Assembly (NCBI GenBank): GCA_010909165.1
Contig: MU008158.1
Coordinates: 1,637,478-1,701,477, forward strand
Length of the DNA: 64,000 nucleotides
Origin: Anthoceros angustus
Taxonomy: Eukaryota; Plantae; Anthocerotophyta
Reading direction: 5' to 3'
In this document: positions 1 to 12,300 of the stretch, one piece after another
Layout of the letters: every line of letters starts with the position of its first letter
Numbering within the stretch: position 1 is the first letter of the stretch
Notes under the pieces: model-generated
Database searches by the model: none
What the model was told of the DNA's origin: nothing
What the model saw: only the letters and a program-made list of their open reading frames with translations
Translations under genes and position numbers: made by a program

Positions 1-388
1 AAACCCCAAAGTTCGCTGGAACTGCCATCTCTGGTTCTTCCTACCAATGCCCAACGGCAAGCAACACTGAATCCTGTGAAGAGGAGGCCTGACTGAAGAT
101 ATGCTACAGGTAGCAGAGACAGCATCCAGGTAGGTCCTGCTCTTGCCCCGACGAAGGAGAGTGCAAGTAGTGAGGGATAGTAAGCCAGAGCAAACAGCGC
201 GATGGGAATGAAAAGTTGGAGAAGAGGTTGCATCCAACGACAGAGAGCTTGGTTCAGGACTTTCCCAAGAGTCAGCAAGTCCTGATCTGAAGTCTGTTGT
301 TCCATGTTGTGTGGTTTCTTCAAGATGTCAATCGCTTCGGTCTGGTTATTGGGTTCCGCAGTGCATGTTAGAGCTGGCATCTGCTGGT
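1..388 (-). repeat. Extra copy of a coding segment of the NRPS-like gene (matches 3780-4167); probably continues upstream of the window
   Basis: Direct match of 1-388 to 3780-4167, ending at ...GGCATCTGCTGGT, after which the sequence switches to a copy of 1442 onward. Confidence 0.95.
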
Positions 389-391
389 TAC

Positions 392-1929
392 TGAGATTGA
401 ATTTTGTGTTTCTCTTAATGCGCAAGCTCGTATATCTATTGAACCAAACAACTACTTTGTGATCGACCTTGATGACAAGCCAATGGTCATTAAGCCAATG
501 GTCATTAAGCCAATTGTCATTAAGTCAATGGTCATTAAGCCAATGGTCATTAAGTCTATGGTAGAGGCTCAACAATTCAAATCGGTGGAACACTATTGGA
601 TATCAACTTAGAACTTGAACTATTTAGTGGCTAGCTAGGTAAGAACTAAGGTAGACATTTGATAACCCGGATCAACGAAATGCGGATTCTAAGAATTTAG
701 ATTTTTTGTGGTTGGGTAAGACAAGAAGTAGAGGCTCAACAACTCATATTAATGAATCAACATATTCTAAGAACTTGAATTGTTTCAAGGTTCGATTGTT
801 TATTAATGCAAGAATCTCACTATCATGTTGGGTGTTAATGAAAACAATAAAAATAGTAATCAAGCATTCTAGTGTTCATTTATTTTTAATATATAATATA
901 AAATTAAGTTTTTAAGTATAAAGAAATTTGTGAGCGGAGGCTCTAGAAGTTTTGCCACAAGACAAGCTAATTGTGTAGAATTCTTGAAGTTTTGCCACAA
1001 GACAAGCTAATTGTGTAGAATTCTTGCCACAAGACAAGCTCATTGTGCTGGAGCAGGCGCCTACTTCACCTCCCAGCTTTGTAACTAGGTCCACGAAAAG
1101 AAGCTCAACAAAAACAAAGCAAAGGGTCATGGCAGTCTGGCCATGAAGCGGTGGTGCCAAGGAAGGCAAATTTGTGAGCGGAGGCTCTAGAAGTTTTGCC
1201 ACAAGACAAGCTAATTGTGTAGAATTCTTGAAGTTTTGCCACAAGACAAGCTAATTGTGTAGAATTCTTGCCACAAGACAAGCTCATTGTGCAGCGGAAC
1301 GAACTGTGCCTACTTCACCTCCCAGCTTTGTAACTAGGTCCACGAAAAGAAGCTTTGGCGTGCCACGTTAGGTGGTCAAGTACCTTGTGGTACTTTGCCG
1401 CATGTTGCTCTAATTTTGTAACATTTGTGTCTTGGTTCTGTTGAGATTGAATTTTGTGTTTCTCTTAATGCAGCAAGCTCGTATATCTATTGAACCAAAC
1501 AACTACTTTGTGATCGACCTTGATGACAAGCCAATGGTCATTAAGCCAATGGTCATTAAGCCAATTGTCATTAAGTCAATGGTCATTAAGCCAATGGTCA
1601 TTAAGTCTATGGTAGAGGCTCAACAATTCAAATCAGTGGAACACTATTGGATATCAACTTAGAACTTGAACTATTTAGTGGCTAGCTAGGTAAGAACTAA
1701 GGTAGACATTTGATAACCCAGATCAACGAAATAGCGGATTCTAAGAATTTAGATTTTTTTGTGACTGGTTGGGTAAGACAAGAAGTAGAGGCTCAACAAC
1801 TCATATTAATGAATCAACATATTCTAAGAACTTGAATTGTTTCAAGGTTCGACTGTTTTATTAATGCAACTGAATCTCACTATCATGTTGGGTGTTAATG
1901 AAAACAATAAAAATAGTAATCAAGCATTC
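392..1929. repeat. Dispersed ~480-bp direct duplication (392-869 and 1442-1929), each copy containing about five 15-bp units AAGCCAATGGTCATT
   Basis: Near-identical copies; the first differs mostly by small deletions. The 15-bp arrays are at ~477-560 and ~1527-1610. Confidence 0.9.
925..1353. repeat. Duplicated ~185-bp unit with internal ~35-42-bp repeats (TTGCCACAAGACAAGCTAATTGTGTAGAATTC)
   Basis: 925-1105 matches 1168-1353; the core GCCACAAGACAAGCT occurs six times. Confidence 0.9.
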
Positions 1930-1951
1930 GTGGTATATGTTTGTATTGTAA

Positions 1952-2890
1952 GAACGTTAATGAACATGAAACCAACCATTTAGAGATTAATTATTGTAAG
2001 AGAATTCATAAACGTTAATGAACATGAAACCAACCATTTAGAGATTAATTATTGTAAGAGAATTCATAAACATCAACCGAGCCGGTTTTATTAACCAAGA
2101 TGGAGGCATATAGTAATTTTATTATTTTTGGATTGAGGTATATTAGTGTGCATTAGTTTTGGATGAGACAATCTTTTCCTAACTTCTTTTTACCATAAAT
2201 ACTATGGTAATTCGTTTCATGTTGCTTGGCAAGACTAGTCTAGAGATGGGCATAATTAGAGAAATTGGCCGAAAGCCTTCTAGACATGTTTTTTCGGGCC
2301 GACAAACAACCCAAGAGAAGTATCATATTGTAGGTTGTGCGAGAATTTTGTAATTCAGTGAAGAAGTATGATGTTGTAGGTTGTGCAAGAATTTTGTAAT
2401 TTATTGGATACATAAAGAAATTTGAAGTGATGTATCATTAGACAAGTTTAGGGAAACCTAAGGGGTTACCGAGGGAGAAGTATCATGTTGTACGTTGTGC
2501 AAGAATTTTGTACTTTATTGAATAGATAAAGAATCATGAGGTGATCTATCATAACACAAGCTTATGGAAACCTTATGGTTAGGGTAACAAGGAAAAAAAG
2601 AAAAACAAATTCACTTAAGATGAATAACTGCCATGGGACTAAATTATGATAAGTAGATAGATTGTGATAAAACTGTATGGTCTAGAGCTAAAACTCAAAC
2701 AAGAGAAACAATCAACCAATTAATCTATGTTTATACTTAAAGTCATTTGCACCACGTATTATGTTTTGACCAGGGAGATAGAAGGACCTACATAATATTG
2801 AGTATAAGAGAATAATTGTATCGTATTATGTTTTGACCAGGGAGATAGAAGGACCTACATAATATTGAGTATAAGAGAATAATTGTATAT
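1952..2890. repeat. AT-rich block with short tandem duplications (58 bp at ~1952-2070, ~68 bp at ~2755-2889, degenerate GAAGTAT...GTTGTGCAAGAATTTTGTA units at 2316-2511)
   Basis: Direct visual alignment. Confidence 0.8.
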
Positions 2891-3381
2891 ACTTTGATAG
2901 AATATAATTGGTCTTTTGGATAAATCCATCATAACTCTTTAGGCGTTTTTATTTCTAATAAATTCACATAAATAAATACTCTTCATGGCGTACTCGCTAT
3001 GGCTTCATCAATATGTGCGGAGCTATGATGCACGGCCAGATGTAGCTTGTGAAGAGAACCATATGTATTAAAAATTATATAAAATATTATTAATATTTGA
3101 TGTAAAATAGTAAATTTAACCATAAATTTATAATACAAAACGACATGATGCTAATAACTTGGTTGGGAATCGAGAGAGGCAGAAGTGCAGCCTCCACCAC
3201 AAGCAAACGCCCAAATTGACACGCCGGATTAGTGTACACTGGTTCAAAGTATCCGTATGAAACCAGACTGCCTGCCTACTTTAAGCTACCTAGGCCACAA
3301 GGCGAGGAATTGTTGAATCGTTCCAGGACTTCGGTGAGGAGGTTGATCTTGAGCTTAATTGCAGTTGCCCGTTTTCCTCGG

Positions 3382-6300
3382 TCAGTAAGCAGCAATGACT
3401 TCACCTTTCATTCCAAGTGCAAGTGCCCCCAATTCCGCACTGTCCTCCATCTTCACGCCCGGTAACAGCAACGCCCTAGAACCGACATAGCAGCTCTGTC
3501 CAATCTCATTGGCTTTGAACCCTACTTTTCCTCCTTCATACAAATGCCCGAAGATGAGAGCATTTCTGCCCACAGCGGTGCCGGCTCTGACTGTCAGCAG
3601 GTCAGGGTTGAGAGTCAGAAGGGTGTCCATGTATGCCACTCTTCCTGCAGAGTCCCCAATGTTTGCACCACGTATTATGTTTTGACCAGGAGATAGAAGG
3701 ACCTACATAATATTGAGTATAAGAGAATAATTGTAGGTTGTGCAAGAATTTTGTAACATTTGTGTCTCGTAGGGATGTGAAACCCCAAAGTTCGCTGGAA
3801 CTGCCATCTCTGGTTCTTCCTACCAATGCCCAACGGCAAGCAACACTGAATCCTGTGAAGAGGAGGCCTGACTGAAGATATGCTACAGGTAGCAGAGACA
3901 GCATCCAGGTAGGTCCTGCTCTTGCCCCGACGAAGGAGAGTGCAAGTAGTGAGGGATAGTAAGCCAGAGCAAACAGCGCGATGGGAATGAAAAGTTGGAG
4001 AAGAGGTTGCATCCAACGACAGAGAGCTTGGTTCAGGACTTTCCCAAGAGTCAGCAAGTCCTGATCTGAAGTCTGTTGTTCCATGTTGTGTGGTTTCTTC
4101 AAGATGTCAATCGCTTCGGTCTGGTTATTGGGTTCCGCAGTGCATGTTAGAGCTGGCATCTGCTGGTACCTGCTGGGAGCAATTTCAAGTTTCCCTCCCG
4201 ACATTGCTGGACAACCTCCTCTGGATTGTGTCTGCTCTTGCTCCCTAGCCTCTGGAAGTTGCAGCATGACATCAGATTGCTTAAGTAGCCTCTCCCAAGT
4301 TGGAGGCAGAGGCTGCCCTGTTCGGAGATATTGAGCAATGCTATATGCCAGGGACCGACCATGGTCAATAGAAGCATTTTGCAAAGCTGTCTTGGCTGTG
4401 ACCATATCAATGCTCTTTGTGCCATTTATGGGGTTGAATCGAAGACGCTCGGTGACCTCTCCATCTAGAATCTCAGTCAGGTGTACCACGCCCACGTCCG
4501 TGTAAGGGTAGGCAGCTTCGTCCCAAGGTTTGGTGCAGTCGAGCGCATCTTCATTCTCAGACATGTCTTCTGAGACAGGACGCAGCTGCAGCTGAAAGAC
4601 GTACTTCACTCCATCCGCAGAGAGCAACCTCTTTCGAAAGTCATCTGCCAAGAACCGGGGCGGGCGAGTATCACTTGGACTTCGAGGAATTGCTCCGGTT
4701 TCAGGTGGAATGAAGTCGAATGCCTCCACTTTGCCTTCCTCTTCGCCGAAACGCTGGTCTGCAGGACGCATTCTGAACTTGACGTAGTACTCCTGTGAGC
4801 TTCCAGACACGCGAAAGAGCCTGGCCACATTGGAGTAGTAGTGCAGGTCAGCATAGGAATTAGGTAGCCGGAGAGAGTCCCATGATGCAATGCCAGACCG
4901 CGGATTCTTCTGCACAAAGGCCACCCTCTGCTCGTGGCTTTTCATCATGTAGTTGACGAAGTCCACTATGTTCCTGCAATTGAACGCTCTCCCTGACTTC
5001 AGTGTCAGATCAAGCATGCTCTGCTCAGCATCTGATTCTGCCCCGGGTCTCAGAAGTCTCACCGACGCTCCCCGTCCATCGCTTCTGGCATCGTCGTCGC
5101 CACTCAGACTGTTGCTGTGGCGGATAATGATTCCATAGGTCTTGCCAGGAGCGAAGACGTCATGCGCCGGGATGGTGTCCGGAAGGTTGCTCAATATGGT
5201 CAAGGTGCCCTTCCCTGCCACTCCCAGGCGGTGGAAGTATCTTGCATCCACGGACAGCGTGGTCTTGGCAATGCTTGCAGCTAGGTTCGCAACCAATTTC
5301 TTGTAGAGAGGATCCATCTCCCGGATTCTGAAGTCTGTTGTTCCATGTTGTGTGGTTTCTTCAAGATGTCAATCGCTTCGGTCTGGTTATTGGGTTCCGC
5401 AGTGCATGTTAGAGCTGGCATCTGCTGGTACCTGCTGGGAGCAATTTCAAGTTTCCCTCCGACATTGCTGGACAACCTCCTCTGGATTGTGTCTGCTCTT
5501 GCCCCGACGAAGGAGAGTGCAAGTGCCCCAATTCCGCACTGTCCTCCAGCTTCACTCCTGGCAAAAGAACACCCTGTGCTCCAACAACACATTTCGAACC
5601 TACCTCCACCCCGCCAAAATGCATAGAGTGCTTGTATTTCGCTTGCTTCACAACAGTCTGGGTCACGGTGCTGGTGATGATCTTTGCGAAGTCCCCAGAT
5701 GAGATTCATCTCCAGCATTAGCAGGTCAGGGTTGAGAGTCAGAAGGGTGTCCATGTATGCCACTCTTCCTGCAGAGTCCCCAATGTTTGCACCAAGTAAT
5801 TGTAGGTAGAATGAGCCAAGGAGAGAGCCTTTGCCGAGCTCAAGGAAGCTGTTGGACAAGAGCAGGTTGATTGCTTGCCATGTTGCCTATCCTGGCCCCT
5901 AAGCTGCGCAGATAGCACACCAGTGTTTGCGTCCCGGACAAGAACAGGGTGAACTTCACGTGTGCAGCAGTTAGGAGGCGGTGCACCAGCCAGACTCTGA
6001 AGCCCAGGTCGGAATTGACCGGCAATGCTCCATCCTTGCTCGTTCTCTGGGAAATAGCATTGCCTACGAGGTGCCACTTGAGCAGGCAGGTGATGGCGCT
6101 CAGAGTGAGGCCGTAGACCAAGTAAGCAGCCCCAGAGCAAGCAACTACTAGCAAGGCATCCTTGGGTTGGCAAACCTGTAGAGGAAGTTGAAGATGAGCT
6201 CAGAGTTCTGGAAGGCTAGGAGAGGTGACAGACCCGCCAGCGCCCATGGCAGAGTTGCTGCAACCGGAAAGCAGAAGAAACCAATCCGAACAGTGGAAGC

Positions 6301-9300
6301 AAGTCCTTTCAGTGGACTGCTGTCCTGTATGACCAAGAGCCTGGAGGTAAGCCAGAGAAAGGAGATGTAGGACACGATGGCGGAGACTGTGGACACCAGT
6401 CCCACAACGTACAGCCCCACAGATGCCTCAGAGCTATATTGTACTGCCCTCCTCTTGCAATTTTCACTCCCTGCACCATCAAAGTTGAAGCGACATTCAG
6501 ATCACAGTAGGTAACATGTGATGTGTTGTCATCTGCAGCATTCTGGTATATCATCACGGGGTTTTCCACACCAACGTACACGCCTCCTGCTTTCAGAACA
6601 GAGCCAGTAACTGCCACTGAATTGCTCCGAGGATAGCTCTGTCCTTCCCAAGGCAGGAATGCTTGCTCCAGCGTCTAGGATGGTGTCGGAAGGTTGCTCA
6701 ATATGGTCAAGGTGCCCTTCCCTGCCACTCCCAGGCGGTGGAAGTATCTTGCATCCACGGACAGCGTGGTCTTGGCAATGCTTGCAGCTAGGTTCGCAAC
6801 CAATTTCTTGTAGAGAGGATCCATCTCCCGGATTCTGAAGTCTTCTTCGTTCACCTCTTGATCTTGTTGTTTCTTGGATTTGGATGATGTGTTGTCATCT
6901 GCAGCATTCTGGTATATCATCACGGGGTTTTCCACACCAACGTACACGCCTCCTGCTTTCAGAACAGAGCCAGTAACTGCCACTGAATTTGCTCCGAGGA
7001 TAGCTCTGTCCTCCAGCTTCACTCCTGGCAAAAGAACACCCTGTGCTCCAACAACACATTTCGAACCTACCTCCACCCCGCCAAAATGCATAGAGTGCTT
7101 GTATTTCGCTTGCTTCACAACAGTCTGGGTCACGGTGCTGGTGATGATCTTTGCGAAGTCCCCCAGATGAGATTCATCTCCCAGCATTAGCAGGTCGGGA
7201 TCAAGCAAGGCATTGACTCCACGGATGGATGCCATGTTGCCTATCCTGGCCCCTAAGCTGCGCAGATAGCACACCAGTGTTTGCGTCCCGGACAAGAACA
7301 GGGTGAACTTCACGTGTGCAGCAGTTAGGAGGCGGTGCACCAGCCAGACTCTGAAGCCCAGGTCGGAATTGACCGGCAATGCTCCATCCTTGCTCGTTCT
7401 CTGGGAAATAGCATTGCCTACGAGGTGCCACTTGAGCAGGCAGGTGATGGCGCTCAGAGTGAGGCCGTAGACCAAGTAAGCAGCCCCAGAGCAAGCAACT
7501 ACTAGCAAGGCATCCTTGGAGTTGGCAAACCTGTAGAGGAAGTTGAAGATGAGCTCAGAGTTCTGGAAGGCTAGGAGAGGTGACAGACCCGCCAGCGCCC
7601 ATGGCAGAGTTGCTGCAACCGGAAAGCAGAAGAAACCAATCCGAACAGTGGAAGCAAGTCCTTTCAGTGGACTGCTGTCCTGTATGACCAAGAGCCTGGA
7701 GGTAAGCCAGAGAAAGGAGATGTAGGACACGATGGCGGAGACTGTGGACACCAGTCCCACAACGTACAGCCCCCACAGATGCCTCAGAGCTATATTGTAC
7801 TGCCCTCCTCTTGCAATTTTCACTCCCTGCACCATCAAAGTTGAAGCGACATTCAGATCACAGTAGGTAACATGTGATGTGTTCTCTGGTCTAGCAGAAA
7901 GATTGATGATACATACCGGTGTGTTGGTAGCAACGTTAACCTGGTAGTCTTGATGCTTCTTGGCCACCTTTTCACCTATCTCTGTCCTTCCCAAGGCAGG
8001 AATGCTTGCTCCAGCGTCTAGGATGGTGCCCTGCTGCAACACGGCGTAAGGTCCCACGACGGAACCAGTTCCGATTCGGATAGGTTGGAATCTGACGACC
8101 CCTCCCCGCACGTCATGGCTTTGGACGGTGGCACCCTCGCTTACGACAGCACCGTTGCCAACATAGAGCAGGGAGGGATCTGTGATATCCGTACTGTCCA
8201 GAAACACATGCTTCCCAATCTGAGCTCCAAGCAGACGGTACCAGCAGGAGAGGAAGACGGTTCCTCGGAGATGGATTCCCACCACATGGTTGGAGGCGAA
8301 ATCACAGAGACGATAGAGCACCCACCACTGCACATAATCCAAGGACCAGAGGGGAATGGCTGTCTGGATGGAGTAGTTCGGCCTTAGCAAAGTGGTGGCG
8401 AAGAAAGAGATGCTGAGAGCAGTCAAGGCAAGGTAAGCAAGCCAGGCCACAGGTAAGAGCAGTATGGAGATGAGGAGGGAGGAAAGCAGAGGCAAAGCTG
8501 CCTCTGAGTCAGCAGTACCAGCGGTATAGAGCAGCTTGGCAAGCTGCCCGTAGACGACGAAGGCCGGGAAGATAATCACAGCTGCAATGTACAGCAGCCC
8601 CAGCACCTGAAGGCAAGTGATGACCAGCTTCCGCCTAGGAGAAGGCTCCAGAGCGGATGCCAGATCGGCATCCGGAATGAGCTCTGTCTCAATCTCCTCC
8701 TCCACAAGCCCCCTGTCATACCCAGCATGATCCGGAGCAGGCGCCTGTACGGCCACTGCATGCACATGGGAGATCTGACCCTTGCTTGCTGCAGGAGTGG
8801 TGGAGGCCTTGTTGAGCAGGGAGTGCGCCATGCTGCTGAGCTCGGAGATGGAGCCCGCAGTGTAGACATCGATAGCCGCAATGTGGATTCCCAGAAACTC
8901 CGAAAGCTTCTGCGCTGCCCACACCACCCCAACAGAATCGATCCCGAACGACGTCAACACATCCGTGGTGGAAATCTCGTCGGTCTCCAATCCGGTCCTC
9001 TCTCCCACGAGCTTCACAAGATAATCTCGGATTTCCCTCTCGCCCTTCATCCCCCCAGAAGCTGCTTCCTCCACGGAAAGGGAGGTCACATCCTTCCCAT
9101 ACGCACGCTCTCCGACGCTCCCCTGTTCCCTGGGCTCCGGCTTCCCCCTCGCCTCCTTGGCCAGGAGGCCATCGGCCATGTCCGCGAGCTCGGCGATGCA
9201 TCCCGCGGTGTAGATATCGATGGCCGCAATGTGGAGCCCCAGGAAATCCGACAGCTTGGACGCCGCCCACACTATCGCCACGGAATCAATGTTGTAGCTG

Positions 9301-12300
9301 GTGAAGCTGTGCGTCTCAGAGATCTCCGGCGCAACAATCCCGGTCTTCTCTGCCAGAATCTGGCGCAAGAACGCGGTGATATCCGCCTTGGTGGGCCTCC
9401 CACGGCCATGCCCAGCTGCAGTCCCGACATGGCTCGAATTCAGGCTGTGGGTCCCGCGGCCAGCATCAGGGAAGGAGGACGACTGCATGTTGATCGGGGC
9501 AGAGTCGCTTCTCCTCATCAGCCTCGCCCTGCCCCTGGCTCTGGGGCTCACCAGCACATTCGGCTTCGCAGTGACGAGCTTCCCGTCCAGAAACCTCTGC
9601 AAACATTCCAGCCGCCGGATTTTCCCAGACGTGGTCTTGGCGATGGTTCTGGGCTTCACCAGATTGACGTGAGCCACCTCCACGCCGTGCTCCGCCGCCA
9701 CAGCCGACTTGATCTTCCCCACCAGCTCCGGGTCCACGTACTTGTCATCCCGCACCTCCGTCACCACCACGATCCCCACATCGTCCGGGCCGGAGCCCGC
9801 GGCGTCGCCCACGTTGAGAATCCTGTGCAGCGCCGACACCGGGGCACCGAAGGCGGCGCTGCAGCCGGGGCGGATCCCCGTGGAGCAATTTTCCACCGTC
9901 TTCTCGATGTCGGAGGGGTAGATGTTGCGCCCGGCCACGATGATGAGGTCCTTGATGCGTCCCGTGAGGAACAGCATGTCGCCCACCAGCCGCCCCAGAT
10001 CCCCGGTGCGGACAAAGGTGCGCCCTGCTTGGCCTGCAGCGTTGCTGGGTGGATGCCTGCTCTTGACAACATTGTGGAACACCTCCCTGCTCAGCTCCTC
10101 CAGCCCCCAGTACCCGATCCCCGCGCTGGGGCTGCTCACCCAGATCTCCCCTTCCTTCCCCTCCGCCGCCTCCTCCCCGGTTTCGGGATTCACAATCCTG
10201 ATGTCCATGTCCTGGTTCCCCCGCTCCACGTACCCGCAGCATACCCTGTTCTCCCAGTCCAGGTAAATCGGCCGCCTCTGTCCGTACGCAACGCACACGA
10301 AGACGCAGTTCTCCGCAAGCCCGTATGCCGGAGCCATGATCTGCACACACCATTTCCCATTCATGTGTTGCAATTCACGACTGCTGCAATGAAAACGGGA
10401 AGAGAAGGATGGAGGAAAATTCACCTGCTCTCGGAGGCCGGATGGTCGGAATATGTCCAAGAATCGGGCCACGGTCTGGTGGCGGACGGGCTCGGCAGAG
10501 ATCATGATGAAGCGGAGGGAGGAGAGGTCGAAGGTGGGCACGGGCCGGCCGCTGCTTCTCAGCATCTGCATCCTGCGGATGGTGAGCTCGAAGGCGAAGT
10601 TGGGGCCAGCAGAGTGCGTGGCGCGGTAGGTGCTCAGGGCCTCCATCCACAGCAAGGGCCTCTTGATGAAGGTGCCGGGGGAGAAGAGGACCGCAGTCCC
10701 TCCCGACACCAGGGCGGTGAAGAGGCCGCCGATGAGGCCCATGTCGTGGTACTGCGGGAGCCAGCTGACGAGAACAGTCCTGGAGCTGCTCTTGTACTGC
10801 CGCCGCATGAGCTTCACGTTGTGGATGAGACCCGCTTGGGTGATCATGACGCCCTTGGAGTCGCCTGTGGATCCCGACGTGAACTGGAGGAAGCACACGT
10901 CTGCCGGATGCGGGGCCTCGAATTCGAACGTCTCTGCGGATTCGGAGGACTCGGAGCTGGAGTAGCCGTTCTCTCTGGGGCTGGTGCTCAGGGCTGGCTC
11001 GTCCTGGTTGAAATTCAAGCTGCTGCTGCTGCTGCCGCCTTCGCTGCCGGCCGTGAAGCTTCCGCTGCGGGCCAGGTCGGAATTGAAGCTGGAGCTCCTC
11101 CTGGGCGACGGCGGGGGCCGCAGAAACCTGAGCGACCTGGGCGACACAGCCTGGGAGTCCGCGTCCGCCGGGGACGAGGACTTGCTGCTGGTCTGCCCCG
11201 GACTGAGCTTGTCCAGGAGCCAGTTGGTCCACCTGGGAGCGGCCGTTCCAGAGCGCGCATTCCGGGTCCACAGGTCTGTGTGATACCACGGCAGGTCCGG
11301 CCACCGCGGCTCCTGGGAGCCCACCGAGCCCGAGGACGTGATGCGGGTCTTGAGCATGCCTGCCTTGACGCCGATGTGGTAGGACGAGGTGGACAGAATG
11401 GCCTTGGCGGCGCAGGATTTGGCCACGTTTTGCACCTTGAGCAGAGCTTGGGCGCTGCCTGTCGCCCCGGGGTCGGGCGGGATGAGCGGCACTGGTAACA
11501 CCTGCCGCGCCCACAACACGGAGTCGCCACAAAGTCTGTGTCAGATGGAGTGCTCCAACATTCTTGGAACCACCATCCCATGTTCGGTTGAAACGCTACT
11601 TACTCGAGCGCGGAGGCAGCCGAAGAACGCTTCCACGAAATCCAGGCCCGGCGGATGCAGGAGCAAGACGCGGTCCCCGTACTTGAGCTTGGACCTGTTG
11701 GTGAGAAGGCGGTGCGCTACGATGGAGGCTCGCACATTCAAGTCGGCGTAGGTTCTGGCGTCGGATTCCTTGCCCTGATCGTCCAGCCAAGTGTAGAGCA
11801 CCTTGTCCTTGGCCACTTCGTGTTTGGCATAGAAATTGAGGTAGGCGTCCAAGGTGGGCAGGTCTGGGAACGTCATCCCGGGAGCTTCACTCAGCTCCTC
11901 CACATTGTAGCCTGGCAGTGACCAAATCCCACCGCGGCAACCGCTCTCCACCTCTGAGTCAGGCTCACGCTCAGGTACTTGGATTAGCCTCTGCAAAGAA
12001 ACCTCAAAAAAATCAGTGACATGCTCCCCGCAGCCTGCCCGAGACACCTCCAGAGATGTATCGACAAGAGCTTGATTACAGCCCAGTCCTTTGTGTGTGG
12101 AAACCAAAGTCTGCCTGCCTCAAGTAATCACCTTGACATAAGGCAGAGTGAGGTGCGTAGAGCCGAAGTGTTGCGCGACTAAGTTGATGGAGAAGGCGGC
12201 ATTTCTCTCGGTGAGCTCAAAAGCTAACAAGCCTCCAACGTAGTACGTGTTATTCTGCCCTTGCAATTTGCTCATGTCGTCATAGAAGCCAGCTTTCATA

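Noticed and set aside
940-1290. CRISPR-like appearance of the repeats here and at 22330-22781 and 31780-32240
   Set aside because: No unique spacers, no cas genes, eukaryotic context; these are tandem repeats.
1432-1662. ORF with KPMVI repeats
   Set aside because: By-product of a 15-bp minisatellite in AT-rich duplicated DNA.
5281-6617. Short ORFs that look like separate NRPS-terminal-domain genes
   Set aside because: They are translations of the mosaic fragments, not independent genes.
8727-11498. 923-aa plus-strand ORF and other long ORFs overlapping the NRPS-like gene, SAMS and TPX2
   Set aside because: Antisense shadows of GC-rich coding sequence; no motifs.
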